A stretch of DNA of 64,000 nucleotides from an uncultured Enterobacteriaceae bacterium (GTDB taxonomy: Bacteria > Pseudomonadota > Gammaproteobacteria > Burkholderiales > SG8-39). The translations under genes and the position numbers were made by a program. The DNA lies in the NCBI GenBank assembly GCA_964565875.1, contig CAZMGP010000001.1:123747-187746 (forward strand). The letters run 5' to 3'. The number at the start of each line of letters is the position of its first letter. Position 1 is the stretch's first letter. The notes under the pieces are model-generated. The model saw only the letters and a program-made list of their open reading frames with translations, made no database searches and had not been told where the DNA came from. Of the stretch, positions 17,326-26,880 are shown piece after piece.

Positions 17326-20028
17326 ATGTCAGCCGTGCCCGAACTGCCCGTAAACGACGATATAGATTCCCTCGAAACCGATGAATGGCTGGACGCGCTC
17401 GAAGCCGTACTGGAGCGCGAAGGCCCGGAGCGCGCGCACTATCTGCTCGAGCGCTTGATCGACAAGGCGCGCCGCTCGGGCGCCTACCTGCCGTACAAGG
17501 CGCAGACCGCCTACATCAACACCATACCGCCGCACATGGAGGAGCGCTCTCCAGGCGACGCGGCGCTCGAGGACCGGATACGCGCCTACTGCCGTTGGAA
17601 TGCCATGGTGATGGTGGCGCGTGCGAACAAGGGCGAAGGCGAACTCGGCGGCCACATCGCGAGCTTCGCCTCGGTCGGAACCCTGTTCGGCATCGGCCAG
17701 AACCACTTCTGGCACGCGCCGAGCGCGCAGCACGGCGGCGACCTGGTCTTCTTTCAAGGCCATTCCGCACCCGGCGTGTACGCGCGCATGCTGCTGGAGG
17801 GAAGGCTTTCCGAGGAACAGCTCCTCAACTTCCGCCGCGACGTCGACGGCAAGGGGGTCACCTCCTATCCCCATCCCTGGCTGATGCCCGAGGTGTGGCA
17901 GTTCCCGACGGTGTCGATGGGCCTCGGCCCGATCCAGGCGATCTATCAGGCGCGTTACCTCAAGTATCTGCACGCGCGCGGCCTGGCGAACACCGAGGGG
18001 CGCAAGGTGTGGGCCTTCCTCGGCGACGGCGAGACCGACGAGCCGGAATCGCTCGGCGCCATTTCCATGGCTTCGCGCGAGAAGCTCGACAACCTGGTAT
18101 TCGTGATCAACTGCAATCTGCAGCGCCTGGACGGCCCGGTGCGCGGCAACGGCAAGATCATCCAGGAACTGGAGGGTGATTTCCGCGGCGCCGACTGGAA
18201 CGTGATCAAGCTGATCTGGGGTTCCTACTGGGATCCGCTGCTCGCCTACGACAACGAAGGCATCCTGCAGCGCGTGATGGAGGAGACGGTCGACGGCGAA
18301 TATCAGAATTGCAAGGCCAACGACGGCGCCTACGTCCGGAAGCACTTCTTCGGCAAGCATCCGAAGCTGCTCGAGATGGTGGCGAAGATGAGCGACGAGG
18401 ACATCTGGCGGCTCAATCGCGGCGGCCACGATCCGCACAAGATCTACGCGGCCTACGCCGCGGCGATGAAGCACAAGGGCCAGCCGACCGTCATTCTCGC
18501 CAAGACCGTGAAGGGTTACGGCATGGGCAAGATCGGCGAAGGCAAGATGGCCACCCACCAGCAGAAGAAGATGGATCTGGCCTCGATCCGCCAGTTCCGC
18601 GACCGCTTCAACATTCCCGTCCCCGACGACAAGCTGGAGGAGCTGCCGTTCTACGTCCCGCCCGCGGATTCGCCGGAGATGAAATACCTGCACGCGCGGC
18701 GCAAGGCCTTGGGCGGCTATCTGCCGAGCCGCAGGCGCAAGGCGGATAGCGTGCCGGAGGTGCCGCCGCTAGCCGCTCTCGATGCGGTGCTCAAACCCAC
18801 CGAGCGCGAAATCTCCACCACCATGGCCTTCGTGCGCATCCTCAGCACGCTGCTGCGCGACAAGAATTTGGGCAAGCACATCGTGCCCATCGTTCCGGAC
18901 GAGGCGCGCACCTTCGGCATGGAGGGCATGTTCCGCCAACTCGGCATCTATTCCCTCGAGGGGCAGAAGTACGTCCCCGTCGATCGCGAGCAGGTGACCT
19001 ACTACCGCGAGGACAAGGCGGGGCAGATACTGGAAGAGGGCATCAACGAGGCCGGCGCTTTCTGCTCCTGGATCGCCGCCGCCACCTCGTACAGCTCGAG
19101 CAATGTCGTCAGCATCCCGTTCTACATCTTCTATTCCATGTTCGGCCTGCAGCGCATCGGCGACCTCGCCTGGGCGGCGGGCGACCAGCGCTGCCGCGGC
19201 TTCCTTCTCGGCGGCACCGCCGGGCGCACCACCCTGAACGGCGAAGGCCTGCAGCACGCCGACGGCCATTCGCACGTGCTCGCCTCGGTGATCCCGAACT
19301 GCGTCTCCTACGATCCGACCTTCGGCTATGAGCTTGCGCTGATCATCCACGACGGCCTGCGGCGCATGGTGACGAACCAGGAGGACGTCTACTACTACAT
19401 CACCGTGATGAACGAGAACTACCCCCATCCGGGACTGCCGCAGGGCGCGGAAGCGGGGATACTCAAGGGGATGTATCTGTTCCAAGCCGGGGCGAAGGGG
19501 AAGGCCAAGGCAGGGGCGGCGGAGCGGCCGCGCGTGCAGCTGCTCGGTTCGGGCACCATCCTGCGCGAAGTCATCGCCGCGGCGGAGCTGCTGGAAAAAG
19601 ACTGGGAGGTCGCCGCCGACATCTGGAGCTGCACCAGCTTCACCGAACTGCGCCGCGACGGCCTGGACTGCGACCGCTGGAACCTGCTGCATCCCACCGA
19701 AGCGCCGCGCCTATCCTGGGTGGGACAATGCCTGAAAGACGCGCCGGGACCGGTGATCGCATCGAGCGACTACATCAAGACTTTCGCCGATCAGATCCGG
19801 CCGTTCATCCCTGCGGGGAAGACCTATCGCGTGCTCGGGACCGACGGCTTCGGCCGCTCCGATACCCGTGACAAGCTGCGCCACTTCTTCGAAGTCGACC
19901 GCCGCTGGGTCACGCTGACGGCGCTGAAGGCGCTCGCCGACGAGGGCGCGATCAAGCCGCAAGTGGTGGCGGCTGCGATCAAGAAATACGACATCGATCC
20001 GAGCAAACCCAATCCGGCAAAGGTGTGA
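17326..20028 (+). CDS. aceE: pyruvate dehydrogenase E1 component (homodimeric type)
   Basis: The start is MSAVPELPVNDDIDSLETDEWLDALE, with GAAGGAG upstream. The ~900-aa E1p sequence is followed by E2. Confidence 0.95.
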   Translation: MSAVPELPVNDDIDSLETDEWLDALEAVLEREGPERAHYLLERLIDKARRSGAYLPYKAQTAYINTIPPHMEERSPGDAALEDRIRAYCRWNAMVMVARANKGEGELGGHIASFASVGTLFGIGQNHFWHAPSAQHGGDLVFFQGHSAPGVYARMLLEGRLSEEQLLNFRRDVDGKGVTSYPHPWLMPEVWQFPTVSMGLGPIQAIYQARYLKYLHARGLANTEGRKVWAFLGDGETDEPESLGAISMASREKLDNLVFVINCNLQRLDGPVRGNGKIIQELEGDFRGADWNVIKLIWGSYWDPLLAYDNEGILQRVMEETVDGEYQNCKANDGAYVRKHFFGKHPKLLEMVAKMSDEDIWRLNRGGHDPHKIYAAYAAAMKHKGQPTVILAKTVKGYGMGKIGEGKMATHQQKKMDLASIRQFRDRFNIPVPDDKLEELPFYVPPADSPEMKYLHARRKALGGYLPSRRRKADSVPEVPPLAALDAVLKPTEREISTTMAFVRILSTLLRDKNLGKHIVPIVPDEARTFGMEGMFRQLGIYSLEGQKYVPVDREQVTYYREDKAGQILEEGINEAGAFCSWIAAATSYSSSNVVSIPFYIFYSMFGLQRIGDLAWAAGDQRCRGFLLGGTAGRTTLNGEGLQHADGHSHVLASVIPNCVSYDPTFGYELALIIHDGLRRMVTNQEDVYYYITVMNENYPHPGLPQGAEAGILKGMYLFQAGAKGKAKAGAAERPRVQLLGSGTILREVIAAAELLEKDWEVAADIWSCTSFTELRRDGLDCDRWNLLHPTEAPRLSWVGQCLKDAPGPVIASSDYIKTFADQIRPFIPAGKTYRVLGTDGFGRSDTRDKLRHFFEVDRRWVTLTALKALADEGAIKPQVVAAAIKKYDIDPSKPNPAKV

Positions 20029-20040
20029 GAGGGGAGAACC

Positions 20041-21372
20041 ATGGCGAGCAGCATCACCGAAATCAAGATTCCCGACATCGGCGACTTCAAGGAAGTCGAT
20101 GTGATCGAAGTGCTGGTCAAGCCCGGCGACCGCGTGGCGAAGGAATCCTCGCTCATCACCGTCGAGTCGGACAAGGCGACGATGGAAATTCCCTCGCCCG
20201 CCGCGGGGGTGGTGAAAGAGCTGATGGTCAAGCTGGGCGACAAGGTGAGCGAAGGCAGCGCGATCCTGCTGCTCGAGGCGAGCAATGACGAGGTGCAGAC
20301 GGCACCTGTGCAAACCCGTAGCGCGCCTGCGGTAGCAGTGCAAGCCGCGCCGACGGCGGCGGCGAGCGTGGTCGCACCGCTGCCGACGCGCAAACTCGCC
20401 CCGGTCGCACCAGAAGCCGAGGCGCAGCTGTTCCGGCCGCACGCGAGTCCCTCGGTGCGCAAGTTCGCGCGCGAGCTCGGCGTCGAGCTCGCGCGGGTGC
20501 AGGGGACCGGCGCCAAGGGGCGCATCACCCAGGAAGACGTGCAGGCCTTCGTCAAGGGCGTGATGACCGCAACGCCGGAAGCCACCGCCGCGGCGGCCAG
20601 TGCACGCGGCGGCATACCCTTCAACTTGCCCGAGTGGCCGCAAGTGGACTTCGCAAAGTTTGGCCCGGTCGAAACCAAGCCGCTGTCGAAAATACGCAAG
20701 CTCTCGGGCGCCAATTTGCACCGGAACTGGATCTCCATTCCGCACGTCACCCAGTTCGACGAGGCCGACATCACTGAGCTCGAGGGTTTCCGCAAAGAGG
20801 CGGGGGCGGCGAGCGAGAAGCAGGGCTTCAAGCTCACGCTGCTCGCCTTCCTGATCAAGGCGAGCGTCACCGCGCTGCGCCAGTTTCCGGAATTCAACGC
20901 TTCGCTCGAGCGCGGCGGCGAAAACCTGGTACTGAAGAAATACTTCCACATCGGCGTCGCAGTCGATACGCCGGACGGCTTGGTCGTGCCGGTGATCCGC
21001 GACGCCGAGCGCAAAGGCGTCTACGAGCTCGCGCGCGAATTGGCCGATGTATCGGCCGCGGCGCGGGAGAGAAAGCTCAAGCCGAGCGACATGCAGGGCG
21101 GCACGTTCAGCATTTCCAGCCTGGGCGGCATAGGCGGCACGGCGTTCACGCCGATCATCAACGCGCCGGAAGTTGCGATCCTCGGCGTGTCGCGCTCGGC
21201 GCAGCGCCCCGTCTGGGTCGCTGGCAAAGACGGCGCAGGCGCGTTCGAGCCGCGGCTGATGCTGCCGCTTGCGCTCTCCTACGATCACCGCGTGATCGAC
21301 GGCGCCGCCGGCGCGCGCTTCCTGAGCTATCTGGCGTCGGTGCTGTCCGACATCCGCCGCTCGCTGCTCTAG
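20041..21372 (+). CDS. aceF: dihydrolipoamide acetyltransferase E2 (single lipoyl domain)
   Basis: The lipoyl motif is [11 protein letters not shown]. The subunit-binding domain is ASPSVRKFARELGVEL. The catalytic tail is LSYDHRVIDGA. Confidence 0.95.
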   Translation: MASSITEIKIPDIGDFKEVDVIEVLVKPGDRVAKESSLITVESDKATMEIPSPAAGVVKELMVKLGDKVSEGSAILLLEASNDEVQTAPVQTRSAPAVAVQAAPTAAASVVAPLPTRKLAPVAPEAEAQLFRPHASPSVRKFARELGVELARVQGTGAKGRITQEDVQAFVKGVMTATPEATAAAASARGGIPFNLPEWPQVDFAKFGPVETKPLSKIRKLSGANLHRNWISIPHVTQFDEADITELEGFRKEAGAASEKQGFKLTLLAFLIKASVTALRQFPEFNASLERGGENLVLKKYFHIGVAVDTPDGLVVPVIRDAERKGVYELARELADVSAAARERKLKPSDMQGGTFSISSLGGIGGTAFTPIINAPEVAILGVSRSAQRPVWVAGKDGAGAFEPRLMLPLALSYDHRVIDGAAGARFLSYLASVLSDIRRSLL

Positions 21373-21461
21373 CTTCCTGGCAGCGTGAGGCAGTTGGTCC
21401 AGATATTGAACCATTTCCGCTCAGGCGAGCGCCCAGCGCCTGTGAGTCCGATTCGGCTTTC

Positions 21462-22040
21462 ATGACCACCATCGTCATCGCCAAGAAAGACGGCCAGGTC
21501 GCCATCGGCGCGGACACACTGACGACTTTCGGCGATACGCGCCTTGCCGATCCGTACAAGCGCGCGCACGATAAGATTCTGCATTTCCACGGCTCCTGGA
21601 TCGCGGTCTGCGGCAGCTCCGCGCATCACCTGGTGCTGGAGAACATCTTCGGCGAAATGAAGACGCTGAAGCTGGGCAGCCGCTCCGAGATATTCGAGAC
21701 CTTCCGCGGCATCCACCCCATCCTCAAGGAAAGATGCTTCCTCAACCCGAAAGAGGAAGACGACGATCCCTACGAATCCTCGCAGATCACGGCGCTGATT
21801 GCCAACCATACGGGCATCTACGGCGTCTATTCCTATCGCGAGGTATTCGACTACGATCGTTTCTGGGCGGCCGGCTCGGGACGCAATTTCGCCCTGGGCG
21901 CGATGTTCGCAAGCTACACGCGGGCAAAGAGCGCAGCCGATGTGGCGCGCATCGGGATCGCGGCGGGCACTGAATTCGACAAGAGCTCGGGCGGGCCCTG
22001 CGAAGTGCACACCATAAAATTGAAGCGAGGGGTCAGATGA
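21462..22040 (+). CDS. HslV/proteasome-beta-like Ntn-hydrolase-fold protein embedded in the pdh operon
   Basis: The N-terminus is MTTIVIAKKDGQVAIGADTLTTFGDT (compare HslV TTIVSVRRNG..GDGQ.T.G.T). A GSG motif follows later (AAGSGRNFALGAM). Its stop overlaps the lpdA start (ATGA). Confidence 0.75.
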   Translation: MTTIVIAKKDGQVAIGADTLTTFGDTRLADPYKRAHDKILHFHGSWIAVCGSSAHHLVLENIFGEMKTLKLGSRSEIFETFRGIHPILKERCFLNPKEEDDDPYESSQITALIANHTGIYGVYSYREVFDYDRFWAAGSGRNFALGAMFASYTRAKSAADVARIGIAAGTEFDKSSGGPCEVHTIKLKRGVR

Positions 22041-23797
22041 CCGACGCAGTCGAGATCAAAGTACCGGACATCGGGGATTTCAAGGACGTCGACGTCATCG
22101 AGGTCCTGGTCAAGCCGGGTGACAGGGTGGAGAAGGAAAGCTCCCTCATCACGGTGGAGTCGGACAAGGCGACGATGGAAATCCCCGCGCCGGAAGCCGG
22201 CGTGGTGAAGAAGGTGATGCTCAAGGTCGGCGACAAGGTTTCCCAGGGCACGCCCGTCCTCTTGCTCGAGCCGACGGCGGACGCGGAGCAGCAGGCGGCC
22301 GTCGCCGCGGCCCCGGCAAAGGCGGAACAGGTCGAGCCGGGCGCCGGAGTGGGCGCGCAAGCGAGCAGAACCTCAGCGGCTACCGGCGCGGACCTGCACG
22401 CGGAAGCCGTGGTCCTCGGCGCGGGACCGGGCGGCTACACCGCCGCGTTTCGCGCCGCCGACCTGGGCAAGAAAGTCGTCCTCACCGAGCGTTATCCGGC
22501 GCTCGGCGGCGTGTGCCTCAACGTCGGCTGCATACCGTCCAAGGCATTGCTGCATGCGGCGAAAGTGCTGACCGACGCCGAGGAAATGGCGCACGCCGGC
22601 ATCGCCTTCGGCAGACCGAAGATCGACGTGGAGAAGCTGCGCGCCTGGAAGGAAGGCGTCGTCGGGCGCTTGACCAAGGGTTTGGCCGCGCTCGCCAAGC
22701 AGCGCAAGGTGACGGTGATCCAAGGCGCGGCGCAGTTCGAATCGCCGCACGCCATCGCGGTCGAGACCGAGGCGGGACCGAAGCGGGTGTCCTTCGATCA
22801 TTGCATCGTCGCGGTCGGCTCGAGCGTGGCGCGCCTGCCCGGCTTTCCATATGAGGATCCACGCCTGATGGATTCCACCGGCGCGCTCGCGCTCGCCGAC
22901 ATTCCGCGGCGGCTGCTGGTGATCGGCGGCGGCATCATCGGCCTGGAGATGGCCTGCGTCTACGATGCTCTCGGCTCCAAGGTGACGGTGGTGGAACTGG
23001 CCGACGGCCTCATCCCCGGGGCAGACCGCGACCTCATCCGGCCGCTCGCCAAGCGCCTGGAGAAGCGCTACGAGGCGATCTACTTGAACGCCAAGGTGAC
23101 TAAGCTCGAGGCAAAAGAAGAAGGCTTGCTCGCGAGTTTCGCCGGCGAGGTGAAGCCGGCGCAGCAGATGTTCAATCGCGTGCTGCTGGCGGTCGGGCGA
23201 AGACCCAACGGCGCGGCAATCGGCGCCGAGCGCGCCGGCGTCGCAGTGGACGAGCGCGGCTTCATCGCCGTCGACAAGCAGCAGCGCACGAACGTGCCGC
23301 ACATCTTTGCCATCGGCGACGTCTGCGGCGAACCGATGCTCGCGCACAAGGCGACGCACGAAGCGAAGGTGGCGGCAGAGGTCATCGCCGGGCACAAGGC
23401 GGCGTTCGACGCGCTCACCATCCCCTCGGTCGCCTACACCGATCCGGAAGTCGCTTGGATGGGCTTGACCGAAACCGAGGCGAAGCAGCGCGGCATCGAT
23501 TACGACAAAGCGAGCTTCCCCTGGGCGGCGAGCGGCCGGGCGCTCTCCATCGGCCGCGACGAAGGCTTGACCAAGTTGCTGTATGACAAGGCGAGCAAGC
23601 GTCTCCTCGGCGCCGGCATCGTCGGGCCCAACGCGGGCGAGTTGATCGCCGAGTTGGTGCTCGCCTTGGAAATGGGCGCCGACATGGAAGACATCGGTCT
23701 CAGCATTCACCCCCACCCGACGCTGTCGGAGACGCCCTATTTCGCCGCCGAGATGGCTCTGGGCAGCATCACCGATCTCTACCTTCCCAAGAAATGA
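22037..23797 (+). CDS. lpdA: dihydrolipoamide dehydrogenase E3 with N-terminal lipoyl domain
   Basis: The N-terminal ~80 aa are a lipoyl domain ([11 protein letters not shown]). The FAD motif GAGPGGY follows, then the redox disulfide [10 protein letters not shown] and the HPTLSE tail. Confidence 0.95.
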   Translation: MTDAVEIKVPDIGDFKDVDVIEVLVKPGDRVEKESSLITVESDKATMEIPAPEAGVVKKVMLKVGDKVSQGTPVLLLEPTADAEQQAAVAAAPAKAEQVEPGAGVGAQASRTSAATGADLHAEAVVLGAGPGGYTAAFRAADLGKKVVLTERYPALGGVCLNVGCIPSKALLHAAKVLTDAEEMAHAGIAFGRPKIDVEKLRAWKEGVVGRLTKGLAALAKQRKVTVIQGAAQFESPHAIAVETEAGPKRVSFDHCIVAVGSSVARLPGFPYEDPRLMDSTGALALADIPRRLLVIGGGIIGLEMACVYDALGSKVTVVELADGLIPGADRDLIRPLAKRLEKRYEAIYLNAKVTKLEAKEEGLLASFAGEVKPAQQMFNRVLLAVGRRPNGAAIGAERAGVAVDERGFIAVDKQQRTNVPHIFAIGDVCGEPMLAHKATHEAKVAAEVIAGHKAAFDALTIPSVAYTDPEVAWMGLTETEAKQRGIDYDKASFPWAASGRALSIGRDEGLTKLLYDKASKRLLGAGIVGPNAGELIAELVLALEMGADMEDIGLSIHPHPTLSETPYFAAEMALGSITDLYLPKK

Positions 23798-23822
23798 CGG
23801 CGCGACGCAGGAAAACTTAGCC

Positions 23823-24485
23823 ATGACCCAAGATGAGCTGAAACAGCAAGTCGCCCGCGAGGCGATCAAGTATGTCGTCGAGGACGCGATCGTCGGCGTC
23901 GGCACCGGCTCAACGGCCGACCACTTTATCGACGAACTGGCGAAAATCAAGCACCGGATAGACGGTGCGGTAGCGAGTTCGCAGAAGTCGGCGGACCGGC
24001 TGAAGGCGCACGGCATCCGCGTGGTCGACCTGAATTCGGTCGCCGAGCTGCCGGTCTATGTCGACGGCGCCGACGAAGTGACCGAACATCTGGGGATGAT
24101 CAAGGGCGGCGGCGGCGCGCTCACCCGTGAGAAGATCGTCGGCGCCGTCGCGCAAAGCTTCGTCTGTATCGCCGACGAGTCGAAACTGGTGGGCGTTCTG
24201 GGCAAATTTCCACTGCCAGTGGAAGTGATCCCCATGGCGCGCTCTTACGTCGCGCGAGAGTTGGTGAAGCTCGGCGGCCAGCCCGAATTGCGGCAGGGAT
24301 TCACTACCGACAACGGCAACGTCATACTCGACGTCTTCGGCCTGAAGATCCTCAATCCGGTCGAGCTGGAAGAGGAACTGAATAACATCACTGGCGTGGT
24401 CACCAACGGCTTGTTCGCACGGCGCGGGGCGGACGTCCTGCTGCTCGGAACGCCGGCCGGAGTAAGAACGATGAAGAGGAAATAG
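23823..24485 (+). CDS. rpiA: ribose-5-phosphate isomerase A
   Basis: The motifs [14 protein letters not shown] and [13 protein letters not shown] are present. The 220-aa length fits. Confidence 0.93.
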   Translation: MTQDELKQQVAREAIKYVVEDAIVGVGTGSTADHFIDELAKIKHRIDGAVASSQKSADRLKAHGIRVVDLNSVAELPVYVDGADEVTEHLGMIKGGGGALTREKIVGAVAQSFVCIADESKLVGVLGKFPLPVEVIPMARSYVARELVKLGGQPELRQGFTTDNGNVILDVFGLKILNPVELEEELNNITGVVTNGLFARRGADVLLLGTPAGVRTMKRK

Positions 24486-24560
24486 AACCTAGTCAGAAAC
24501 CGCGGTAACCAAACTGTCACAATGCCATGCTAATCTGCGCAGACGGCGGGAGTCGCGAGT

Positions 24561-25247
24561 ATGCCTGAACACATATCGAAACAATTCGACGCGGAGCTGG
24601 AGGCGGTGCGCTCGCGCGTGCTGCAGATGGGCGGACTGGTCGAAGAGCAGATCGTCAAGGCGATCGACGCGCTCGCGAGCGGCGACGTGGCGGTGCTCGA
24701 TGGCGTGATCGAGGATGATCGTCGCGTCAACGCCATGGAAGTCGGCCTGGACGAGAGCTGCAGCCACATCATCGCGCGGCGTCAGCCCGCGGCGAGCGAC
24801 TTGCGCCTGGTGATGGCGATCGTGAAGACCATCACCGATCTGGAGCGCATCGGCGACGAGGCGGAAAAGATCGCGCGCATGGCGAAGCTGATCCACGGCG
24901 CGGAGCGCTTGCACTTGCCCCGCCTTGAACTCAAGCACGTAGCGAACCTTGCGCTCGCCATGCTGCGTCAGGCGCTAGACGCGTTCGCCCGTCTCGACGC
25001 AAATGCGGCGCTGGGCGTGGTGAAGCAGGACCGCAGCGTCGACGACGAGTTCCGCTCCATCCTGCGCCAACTCATCACCTTCATGATGGAAGACCCGCGC
25101 ACCATCACCCGCTGCCTGGAAATCCTGTTCGTGGCGAAGGCGATCGAGCGCATCGGCGATCACGCCAAGAACATGGCCGAATACGTGGTCTACATGGTCG
25201 AAGGCCGCGACGTGCGCCACACCATGGACCAGGCGCAAGCGCAGTAA
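24561..25247 (+). CDS. phoU: phosphate signalling complex protein PhoU
   Basis: The two-repeat PhoU sequence is present (HISKQFDAELE..., DLERIGDEAEKIA, IERIGDHAKNMAEYV). Confidence 0.9.
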   Translation: MPEHISKQFDAELEAVRSRVLQMGGLVEEQIVKAIDALASGDVAVLDGVIEDDRRVNAMEVGLDESCSHIIARRQPAASDLRLVMAIVKTITDLERIGDEAEKIARMAKLIHGAERLHLPRLELKHVANLALAMLRQALDAFARLDANAALGVVKQDRSVDDEFRSILRQLITFMMEDPRTITRCLEILFVAKAIERIGDHAKNMAEYVVYMVEGRDVRHTMDQAQAQ

Positions 25248-25254
25248 GCCCGCG

Positions 25255-25527
25255 CTATTTCTTTGGCGGAACGTAGCCGGCGGCGACGTCCGCCCCATCA
25301 CCGAAGAAATGCTTCTCCAGCTGTTCGGCGAGATACTTCCGTGCCGCGCTGTCGGCCAGGTTGAGTCGGTTCTCGTTGATCAGCATGGTCTGATGCCGCA
25401 GCCACTGCTGCCAGGCTTCCTTGGACACGTTTTCCCAGATGCGCTTGCCCAGTTCGCCGGGGTAGGGCGGAAAATCGAGGCCCTCCGCCTCGCGCCCGAG
25501 CTTCACGCATTTGATCGTTCTCGCCAT
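25255..25527 (-). CDS. yggX: Fe(2+)-trafficking protein YggX
   Basis: The 90-aa protein begins [39 protein letters not shown], which matches the YggX family. Confidence 0.9.
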   Translation of the reverse strand: MARTIKCVKLGREAEGLDFPPYPGELGKRIWENVSKEAWQQWLRHQTMLINENRLNLADSAARKYLAEQLEKHFFGDGADVAAGYVPPKK

Positions 25528-25625
25528 TACCGCAACTCCTATTCGAATAGGGCGCTATTTTAGCGTAATCGGCAGCGCCAAATTCCCACAAACCGCATCC
25601 GGCTTTCGCGATGGAGACTTAGAAC

Positions 25626-25726
25626 CCCGTAACAAAAGTTCTTTGTTACGGACTGATTTAGGGGAGCACGAGGGGAGGCGCCCCGAAGGAAGTGCCCTTG
25701 GGGCATATCCCCTCGTCTTGTTACAG
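25626..25726. repeat. structured ~100-nt repeat, copy 2 (partner at 9534-9636)
   Basis: It has the same two-hairpin element as copy 1. It begins within a few nt of the stop of the minus-strand pirin gene and lies upstream of yggX. Confidence 0.8.
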
Positions 25727-25730
25727 ACCC

Positions 25731-26600
25731 TCAGTCCGCAGGCTGCGTCAGTCGGCCGGACTGGTAGTCGCGGATCGCCTGTTCGATTTCCTCGCGCGTA
25801 TTCATGACGAAGGGGCCATACTGCACCACCGGCTCGCCCAATGGCTTGCCCGCAAGCAGCAGGAAGCGCGCGCCCTCGGCTCCGGCCGTTACCTGCACCG
25901 ACTCACCCGAGCTCAGCACGCCGGCTGCATGGGTGCCGAGGGTTTCGCCGTCGACGCTTGCGCTGCCTTCGAACACATAGATGAAGGCATTGTGTTCGGC
26001 GGGCAAGGACTGGGTGAACGCCGCGGCCGCGGGAAGCGCGACGTCGAGATAGACGGGTTCGGTGCTGAGCCCCTGAATCGGTCCGGCCACGCTACGCCCA
26101 TCCAGCATCAAGTTGCCGGCGATCACTTTGGCGAGTCCCCCGCCCGGAAGCGATGTCGCAGGGATCTCCGTCGGCTGGATGTCGCGGTAGCCCGCCGGCT
26201 TCATCTTTTCGCGCGCCGGCAGATTGATCCAGAGCTGGAAGCCGCGCATGCGCCCGTGTTCCTGCTGCGGCATTTCCGAGTGGATGATGCCGCGGCCGGC
26301 GCTCATCCACTGCACCGCACCGCTTTTCAAGTCGCCGCGATGCCCGAGGTGATCTTCGTGCAGCATATGCCCATCGATCAGGTAGGTGACGGTTTCGAAG
26401 CCACGGTGGGGATGCGACGGAAAGCCCGCGATGTAGTCGTTCGCATCGAACGACGAAAATTCGTCCAGCATCAGGAAGGGATCGAGACGGGTGAACGGCG
26501 ACTGCCCCAGGCTGCGACGCAGCTTTACGCCGGCGCCGTCGGAGGTGGCGACGGATTCGATCACGCGTTGCAGCGTGCGTACTGTCTTCTTCGCGCTCAT
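25731..26600 (-). CDS. pirin family protein
   Basis: The cupin metal motif is HPHRGFETVTYLIDGHMLHED. The start is taken at MSAKKTV, with GGAAAGGAAG upstream. The longer track ORF adds an Arg/Pro-rich extension that looks non-coding. Confidence 0.9.
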   Translation of the reverse strand: MSAKKTVRTLQRVIESVATSDGAGVKLRRSLGQSPFTRLDPFLMLDEFSSFDANDYIAGFPSHPHRGFETVTYLIDGHMLHEDHLGHRGDLKSGAVQWMSAGRGIIHSEMPQQEHGRMRGFQLWINLPAREKMKPAGYRDIQPTEIPATSLPGGGLAKVIAGNLMLDGRSVAGPIQGLSTEPVYLDVALPAAAAFTQSLPAEHNAFIYVFEGSASVDGETLGTHAAGVLSSGESVQVTAGAEGARFLLLAGKPLGEPVVQYGPFVMNTREEIEQAIRDYQSGRLTQPAD

Positions 26601-26880
26601 GCGTCTTCCTTTCCGATTTCCGCCCGTATCCATCCTGGATGCAGGCGCGTTACCTGGATATGGTTCCCGGGCGGACAAAATGCAAGCCTTAGGGTGAGCG
26701 CCGCGCCAGCCACACGAGCTTTGTGCGGTGGCCGGCCGAGTGATCTGCGGCGGAATCCCGCATGCTCTCGCTGGTCGAATTCCTGTCGTCAATGCGCGAC
26801 AGCAGGCGATTCCTGCGGTAGAGTTGCGCGCATTTTAGCCGCTAGTCACGGGAGGAAAAAGTGAATACGACAATAGGGGT

